A stretch of DNA of 64,000 nucleotides, from assembly GCA_963764165.1 (NCBI GenBank), contig CAVXRD010000002.1, positions 544,001 through 608,000 on the forward strand. The letters are read 5' to 3'. Shown in pieces: positions 56,762-64,000 of this stretch (position 1 is its first letter; every line of letters begins with the position of its first letter). The notes beneath the pieces were generated by a model, which was given only the letters and a program-made list of their open reading frames with translations, was not told where the DNA came from and ran no database searches. The stretch comes from an uncultured Verrucomicrobiae bacterium (lineage in GTDB: Bacteria > Verrucomicrobiota > Verrucomicrobiia > Limisphaerales > Palsa-1400). The position numbers and the translations under genes are program-made.

Positions 56762-59700
56762 ATGAAAACTAACTGCGTTCCGTGGCGGGGAGGAGCCATG
56801 ACGTTAATCTGCTGCTCTATTCTTCAGCCGCTTATTTCAGCGGCCCAAGGTGATGTTCTCACCTATCACAATGACAATGCCCGCACCGGCCAGTATTTGA
56901 CAGAGACAAATCTGACTCTGGCCAACGTGAATACCAACTCATTCGGACTGCTCTTTTCGCAGGCGGTCGACGCGCCGATCTGGGGCCAGCCCCTGTTCGT
57001 GGCGGGAGTGGCGATCACAAACAAAGGAACACACAATGTTGTTTTCGTCGCCACCGGAAATGACAGCGTCTACGCCTTCGACGCGGACGATAATTCCGGC
57101 AGCAACGCCGCGCCCCTGTGGCAAGTGAGTTTCCTGTCGCCCTCCAACGGCGTGACGGCGGTGCCGGGGCCCGATGTCTTTTTTCCCGGCATCATCGGCG
57201 TATCGAGCACGCCCGTGATCGATCCCGTTTCGAAGACCATTTACGTCGAGGCGCAAACCAAGGAAGTTAGCGCCACGGGCACCAATTACGTGCACCGCCT
57301 GCACGCGCTGGACCTGGGTTCAGGCCAGGAAAAATTCGGGGGGCCAGTTGCAGTTTGCGGATTGGTTCCTGGCGCAGGCGATGGCAATGACGGGGCAGGC
57401 AACGTGCCATTTGACGGTCAACTCCAGCTAAATCGCCCTGCCCTGCTGTTGGCCAACGGTGTAGTCTACCTTGGGTTCGCAGGGCACGCAGATGCCGGCA
57501 ATTATCACGGCTGGCTTGCAGGCTACAATGCTCAAACTTTGCAGCCGCAAGGAATCTATAATTCCACCCCAAATGGCTGGGCCGGTGGAATCTGGCAGAG
57601 CGGCGACGGTCCTTGCGTGGATGACAGCGGCGCGATCTACGCCATGACTGGCAATGGCACCTTTGACGGAGCCACCAACAATAATTACGGCGATAGCGTT
57701 GTAAAAATAATCAACGACGGGACGAATATGGTGCAAACGGACTCTTTCACCCCGTTTAACCAGGGACTCCTCTACGCCACAGACGGCGACCTGGGTTCCG
57801 GCGGCCCAATGGTGCTGCCAGATGAGACCGGAACATCCGCCACGCCGCACTTAATGGTTGGCGGCGGCAAAGATGGAATTCTGTATTTGCTGGACCGGGA
57901 CAATCTCGGTCAATTTAATGCTGATTTCGATCAAGTCGTCGATCAGATTGACTGGGCTGGAGCGCAGTTTTCAACCCCGGCTTATTTCAACGGCATGATT
58001 TACATCTGCGGCGTAGCCCGGCCTTTGCAGGCAATCGCTTGCACGAATGCGACTCTTGGCAAAACGCCCGCTGCGGCAAGCCCGGCGCCCTTTGGCTCCC
58101 CCGGAGCCACTCCATATATCTCCGCCAATGGCAGCAGCAACGCCATCGTGTGGGCCGTCCAGTACCACGGGAGGCGCTGTTCTCCACGCCTACAATGCCA
58201 CCAATATTGCAGACGAACTTTACAACAGCACGCAAGCCGGAAGCCGCGATGTCCTGGCTGTAGTGCAGAAGAATGCTCCGCCAGCAGTGGCCCACGGCAA
58301 AGTCTACGTGCCCACGGCCTCGAGCCTCGCCTTCTTCGGGATCGGTTATTGGAGCGCGCCGCCGGTCATCTCGCCCAACAGCGGCCTGTTCACCAATTCC
58401 GTCACCGTCACGATTTCCAGCGATGTGGTCGGCGCGCAAATTTATTACACGCTGGACGGAACAAGCCCCAGCCTTTCTTCAACGCTCTACACTGCCGCGT
58501 TTACGCTTAGCAATGCCACCGAGGTGCGGGCCATCGCCGCCATGCCGGGCGGCGGCCAAAGCTCGGCAAGCGAAGCGCTTTTTCTGCAGGCAGTCACAAA
58601 TGCGGCTATCGTTGATTTCAACGAAGGATGGACATTGAACAACGGGGCCGCGATTTCCACCAATGGCCTGACGGTAACGGATGGAGGCTATTTTGAAGGG
58701 CCGACAGCCTTTTTCAGCACACCCGTTTATGCGGGGGCATTTGATGCTGAGTTTATTTACCAAGCCACCGGCGTCGCGGATGGAATGGCGTTTGTCCTTC
58801 AAGACACCACCAACGGCGCAAACGCTGTCGGCATCGGCTACGAAGGGTTAGGGTACATGGGCCTCGCGCCCAGTGTCGCGCTTGAGTTTAATTTTTATAG
58901 CTTCGGCCTGGGCACGGGCACTGCCTGGGCTGAAAACGGCTCGCTCGGCCCCTTTAACGCGACAGGCTCGGTGGGCCTGGGTTCGGGAGATCCGATTTGG
59001 GTTTCGCTCCATTACGACGGCACCGTTTTCGCCGAGACTCTCGATGATCCGATTAGTGGCGGATTCTTTACAACAAACTTTGTGGTATCCATCCCCAACA
59101 TTCTGGGAACGAACACGGCTTTTGTCGGGTTTACCGGCGGCACGGAGGAGGTTTCATCTGTGCAAACCATCTCGGATTTCGTCTTCACCGAGCTTCCGCC
59201 TCCAGCGCCGCCGCCCGTCATCACACCAGAGGGCGCGCTCTTCACCAACTCGGTTTTGGTCACGCTCAGTTCACCATTTCCCGGCGCCCAGTATTATTAC
59301 ACGGTGGATGGGACAACTCCCACCACCAACTCCATTTTGTACACAGGCCCAATCCTACTCACCAATACCACAGCGCTCAGAGCCGTGACGCAGGCCCCGG
59401 GATTATCGCGTGGTCTGCCGGATTATGCATTCTTCGGCGCCCAGTCCGTTGGAACTGGAATAACGGCCTTCGGCGGAAGCGGGACAGGCTGGACCCTTAA
59501 TGGAAGCGCATCCGCAAGTGGAGATGTGCTCCAACTGACGGACACCAATTATTTCGAGGCTGGCAGCGCTTTCTTTAATGCGCCGCTGCCCGCGACCAAC
59601 TTCGTGGCTCGTTTCATTTATCAAGCCACCGGTGGCACCCACGCCGCGGATGGCGCGGCTTTTGTGATCCAGAACTCTCCCGGCGGACCAAGCGCGCTTG

Positions 59701-60284
59701 GAGGCTCATCGGAATCATTGGGGCTGTCAGGCATCTCTCCGAGTGTGGGACTCGAACTTCACCTTCTCAGTTACACCGGCGGGAGCGGGACTCAATTGGG
59801 AATTAACGGCGCATCCAGCTCCTTCGACTCGACCCTGCCCCTGGATCTGACCAGCGGCGACCCCATCTGGGTTTCGCTGATTTACGACGGCACTACTCTC
59901 CAGGAAACGCTTGTCGATCCAGCCAATGGGAGCACCTATGCCGCTTCCTACGCCGTCGATATCGCCGGTATTGTCGGGACGAGCCAGCCTTGGATTGGGT
60001 TTGCCGGCTCCGACACCTTCTGGGCTTCCGTGCAGACAATCTCGGACTTTACATTCTCCCCGCAGTTTGCCGCGCCCGCCCTCAGCGCCACGTTTTCGGG
60101 AACGCAAATCAGCTTGAATTGGACCGCCACCCCCATCAACTACGTCGTCGAAAGCACAACCAACCTCGCCAATCCAACGGTATGGACGCCAGTGACCCAA
60201 TCGCCGGTAACGGTTGGGGACCAAGTAACGTTCACTGCGCCTGTTAGTTCGACTAATACATACTACCGCTTGAGGGCACGTTAG
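56762..60284 (+). pseudogene. Tandem paralogue of 52915-56436, frameshifted near 58163
   Basis: Homology continues from ...NAIVWAVQ in one frame to TTGGAVLHAYNATN in another; could be a sequencing error. Confidence 0.75.
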
Positions 60285-60395
60285 ATCGCGTCAAACAACA
60301 GAATCCAAGTTCTTTCTGGGGTAACCCATACAGCCACTTATCGAACATATTCTGGCTTGACCCGCCCCAGACGATGCGGTTCAATGTACCGTCGA

Positions 60396-61985
60396 ATGAC
60401 CGCGCTGAAACAGGAGATCCAAACCGCCCTGCGAGCTGTTGCCAAACTTCTGGCTCTCATCGCGTTATGCGCAAGTGCCGCCGCCCAGACTGCCTTCACC
60501 TACCAAGGACGATTGAATGACGCCAACGGCTCTGCAAACGGCAATTTCGACTTTGCTTTTACACTTTACACGGACCCGGAAAGCGATTCGCTGGTTGCCG
60601 GACCGCTAACCAATGGCGCGGTGGTGGTGACAAACGGTTTGTTCACGACGATCGTCGACTTCGGCCCGGGAGCATTCAACGGTTCCAGCAACTGGCTCTC
60701 GATTGCTGTGCGCACCAACGGCGGCACAATATTTACGGCGCTTAGCCCGCGACAACCGCTTACTCCCGCCCCGGTGGCGATCTATGCGCTCAACGGCCCG
60801 GCCCAAACGATCCCTCCCGGATCCATCACGGGCAGCCAGCTCGCCGCGCAAAGCGTGTCGACGACCAACCTCACTCTTGCCAGCGCCGTCAGCATGGTCA
60901 CCGGCAACATTGCGGCCTACGGCCTGCGTCGGTTCGCCTGGTCGAATACCATTGCCGAATGGTCGTCGATCCACCGCCCGTTTTTCTTTTCGACCATTGG
61001 CAGCGGCTGGACTGAGGATTCAGAGTTTGGCGGAGTCGTCACGAACATCTTCTCCTATATGCCGTGCGCGGGCTTCGCCTCGACCATATGGTACCAGGAC
61101 CCGGTCACGATCACCTACGGGCCCGTGACAGGTCAGGATACGGCGCTATTTGCCAATGGTGATGACACAAATTGGCATTCGTCCTACTTTATCTTGACAA
61201 ACGTCGGCAACATCATTTCCCCCGTGGCTGTGCCATTCTCCTCCGCGGTTAACGGCTTGATCACCAGCGACGTTACCAGTGTTTCGTATTTGGCCAACCC
61301 GAAAGCAGGGTCCTTCGCGGTTGAGATCCGCACCAATGGTGACTATTATGCGAATTTCACCAATCTTGACTCGACCTGGAAGACCGTCGCCACAGTCAAC
61401 GCTTCCAACACATCGTGGATAGGTCGCACTCTATGGTGGACAAATTCCCAGCCGATGCTGGCGCAGTTGCGCGTGCGCGCGACGAGCCCGGGTCAGACTC
61501 CCATCGTGGACTTCGCTCAATGGAACAGTTCGGTAACCAACGGCGTTATCCTTTCTCAATATGGACATCAGGCTTCCAGCTTATGGTGGAACCAGACAGA
61601 CACGAACAAAGTGTTCCCGATTTGGCAGGGTTGGCGTCCAGATCTGATTTTGCTCACGGGCGGCCTGGGTGACGGGATTGCGCTGGACTCCAACATCGTC
61701 ACCGAGTTGCAATTGATGAAGGCCGGTTTTCCAAATTCCGATATTGTGGATGTCGGCGTGCATGAGATTATTGCGCCCTATACAGACGTGTTTGAGCGCT
61801 CATACTGCTTCTCCCAAGGAATTCCTTACTTCGACGGGCAAGCTGCCTCAATGGCGGCATGGGGCAGCTATAGCAATGGATTTGCCATCGGGATGTATCA
61901 AGACGAGGCTCACTTAACCGTGGCAGGTTACGCCGTTTTCAGTCAATTGTTATGGTCCTGGCTGGATTTGACAGGTGTTCATTGA
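60396..61985 (+). CDS. Secreted protein with N-terminal TAFTYQGRL domain and SGNH-like C-terminal region
   Basis: Signal peptide; RPDLILLTGG and DEAHLTVAGY (DxxH). Confidence 0.65.
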   Translation: MTALKQEIQTALRAVAKLLALIALCASAAAQTAFTYQGRLNDANGSANGNFDFAFTLYTDPESDSLVAGPLTNGAVVVTNGLFTTIVDFGPGAFNGSSNWLSIAVRTNGGTIFTALSPRQPLTPAPVAIYALNGPAQTIPPGSITGSQLAAQSVSTTNLTLASAVSMVTGNIAAYGLRRFAWSNTIAEWSSIHRPFFFSTIGSGWTEDSEFGGVVTNIFSYMPCAGFASTIWYQDPVTITYGPVTGQDTALFANGDDTNWHSSYFILTNVGNIISPVAVPFSSAVNGLITSDVTSVSYLANPKAGSFAVEIRTNGDYYANFTNLDSTWKTVATVNASNTSWIGRTLWWTNSQPMLAQLRVRATSPGQTPIVDFAQWNSSVTNGVILSQYGHQASSLWWNQTDTNKVFPIWQGWRPDLILLTGGLGDGIALDSNIVTELQLMKAGFPNSDIVDVGVHEIIAPYTDVFERSYCFSQGIPYFDGQAASMAAWGSYSNGFAIGMYQDEAHLTVAGYAVFSQLLWSWLDLTGVH

Positions 61986-62004
61986 TTCGGCGCTTAACCA
62001 TTCT

Positions 62005-62712
62005 ATGACAGCGAAGGAGATCGTAGCGGCCCTGAAGCCTCTCGGCAATGAGTCTTACAAAAAGATTCTGCTGAACCACGGCATTCAAGAGCCCGTCTTC
62101 GGCGTCAAAGTCGAGGATCTGAAAAAAATTCAAGCCAAAGTCAAGAAGAACTACCAGCTGGCGCTTGACCTTTACGATACCGGCATCTACGACGCCATGT
62201 ACCTTGCCGGATTGATCGCCGACGATGCCAAGATGTCGAAAGCCGATCTCAAGAAGTGGCTGGCGAAGGCCAATTGCTCTTCCCTCGCCGAGTACACGGT
62301 GGCATGGGTCGCGTCCGAAAGCCCGCACGGCTGGGAATTGGCAAACCAGTGGATTGATTCAAAAGATGAGACGGAGGCTTCCTGCGGCTGGGCGACTCTG
62401 CGCAGCCTGGTCGCCATCAAGCCGGATTCAGAATTAGACTTGACGGCATTGAAGAAGCTTTTGCAGCGCGTGCAAGCGGCCATTCATCAGCAGCCGGACC
62501 GCGCGCGTTATGCCATGAACGGCTTCATGATCGCGCTCGGAACATATGTTGAACCGCTCACTGAGGCAGCCTTGAAAACCGCCGCCGCCATCGGCCCAAT
62601 CTCGGTAAACATGGACGGCACCTCGTGCAAGGTCCCTTCGGTCGCGGAGCAGATTCAAAAGGCCCAAAAGCGCAAAGCCATCGGCAAGAAACGCAAATCC
62701 GCCAAGTGCTGA
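62005..62712 (+). CDS. DNA alkylation repair protein (AlkD-like)
   Basis: FGVKVEDLKKIQ, LYDTGIYDAMYLAGLIAD, RYAMNGF, TSCKVP. Confidence 0.85.
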   Translation: MTAKEIVAALKPLGNESYKKILLNHGIQEPVFGVKVEDLKKIQAKVKKNYQLALDLYDTGIYDAMYLAGLIADDAKMSKADLKKWLAKANCSSLAEYTVAWVASESPHGWELANQWIDSKDETEASCGWATLRSLVAIKPDSELDLTALKKLLQRVQAAIHQQPDRARYAMNGFMIALGTYVEPLTEAALKTAAAIGPISVNMDGTSCKVPSVAEQIQKAQKRKAIGKKRKSAKC

Positions 62713-62966
62713 CGGGATAGCGTTCCAGCCTCGTTAAACCAGCGCGTTCGGCGCGATCAGGTTCCCGCTGCTGAGCCGCTGCCATGATTCCCGCGCTCAT
62801 GCGAACCATGGGAATGGCGGGAACAATGGGCCGCTTCGGCAGCCTCGCCCTGCCGGCCTCCCATAGTCATCGGACGAATTATCTGGCGCCGCGATTATAT
62901 GGCAATTTTTGCTTTCGCAGATTAGATTCCGAACCGCTGGCCGCTTTTGGCGCGCCAGCCCAGCTC

Positions 62967-64000
62967 ATGCAGGATTCGACGACCAGCGCAACCTCCAGCC
63001 GCGAGTATCCCACCGGGGAACTCGTTCGGCGTCTGCTGGCTTTGGCCTGGCGGCATCGGGTGGATTTTATCTTGTGCGTGGCGCTAAGCCTGGTGCTTCT
63101 TCTCCTGGGCTTGGTCGGATTGCAATTGCTCGGCGTTGTCATCGATGTCATCCGGCACACATTGGATCCGAAGCTGATGGAGCCGCGGTACCCTTTCGGA
63201 TGGAAGCCTCCGGCAGCATGGTCGCCGATCAAAATCGTCTCCGTCCTGGCGGCGGCGATTGTTGGGCAAGCGGTCTTGCGGGCGGTGCTCACCTATTTTT
63301 TCAACCTCACCACCGCGAGCCTGGCTCAGGCCAAGATTGTGCCGGATCTTCGCCACAGCCTATATGCGCGATTGCAGCGGTTGAGCTTTCGTTTTTTTGA
63401 TGTTCACGGCTCCAGCTCGATCTTCAACCGCGTGACCGGCGATGTTCAGAACACGCGCCTCTTCATCGACGGCGTTCTTTTGCAAGGGCTCAATATGGTG
63501 CTCACATTGGCGACGTATGCGGTGTTCATGTGGCGGATTCATCCGGGGTTGACGCTGGCGTGCTTGTGGGTGGCGATTCCCCTCTGGTATGTGACCACTT
63601 ATTATTCCGGCCGTCTTCGCCCCATGTATTTGCGGAACCGCGAATTGTCCGACGACCTGGTGCAATTGTTCACCGAGAGCGTCAAGGGCATGCAAACGAT
63701 TAAAGGCTTCGCCGCCGAGCCTCACCAAATCCGGCGCTTCGCCGAAGCGAACAATAACGTCTCAACACAGCAGCGGCGCATATTCGCCGACCTATCGGTG
63801 TTCACGCCGCTGACGCAGTTCCTGTCGCAAGCGAGCCTTGTCATTTTGTTCGCCTACGGCGGCTGGCTTTATGTGAAGGGGCAAATTTCGCTCGGCAGCG
63901 GGCTCGTTGTCTTCGCGGGCTTGCTTCAACAGTTCAACGGACAGGTCGCCAACATTTCGAACATAGCCAATTCCATCCAGCAAAGCCTCGCTGCGGCGCG
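62967..64000 (+). CDS. ABC exporter (MsbA-like), transmembrane domain, 3'-truncated by window
   Basis: ATG at 62967; DLRHSLYARLQRLSFRFFD...IFNRVTGDVQ; absent from the ORF track because no stop is reached. Confidence 0.85.
   Translation, partial: MQDSTTSATSSREYPTGELVRRLLALAWRHRVDFILCVALSLVLLLLGLVGLQLLGVVIDVIRHTLDPKLMEPRYPFGWKPPAAWSPIKIVSVLAAAIVGQAVLRAVLTYFFNLTTASLAQAKIVPDLRHSLYARLQRLSFRFFDVHGSSSIFNRVTGDVQNTRLFIDGVLLQGLNMVLTLATYAVFMWRIHPGLTLACLWVAIPLWYVTTYYSGRLRPMYLRNRELSDDLVQLFTESVKGMQTIKGFAAEPHQIRRFAEANNNVSTQQRRIFADLSVFTPLTQFLSQASLVILFAYGGWLYVKGQISLGSGLVVFAGLLQQFNGQVANISNIANSIQQSLAAA

Overview
GC-rich bacterial chromosome segment; the gene style (fused lpxC-fabZ, large Thr/Asn-rich secreted proteins) suggests Verrucomicrobiota (inference). 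Housekeeping content: lpxC-fabZ/lpxA, pstSCA-phoU (no pstB), an OmpR-type two-component pair, hrpA, msrBA, a 6S RNA, transporters and hydrolases. Accessory content: AbiE and ParDE toxin-antitoxin pairs, an orphan vsr, a carbamoyltransferase trio, many GTAG/GCAG-type palindromic repeats and several multidomain secreted proteins sharing a C-terminal motif. Main candidates for novelty: (1) an intact stand-alone Mu-like late module at 16.2-20.3 kb (two lipoproteins, a class-3 lipase where an endolysin would be expected, gp25/gp26/gp27-like genes and a large terminase, with no portal, capsid or transposase in the window), whose dyad-plus-extended -10 promoter motif recurs at 29.6 kb; (2) an ECF sigma/anti-sigma locus with a Cys-rich bufferin-like precursor and DoxX but no DUF692 maturase, sharing a promoter motif with msrBA. 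All calls come from reading motifs by eye; no database searches were run.
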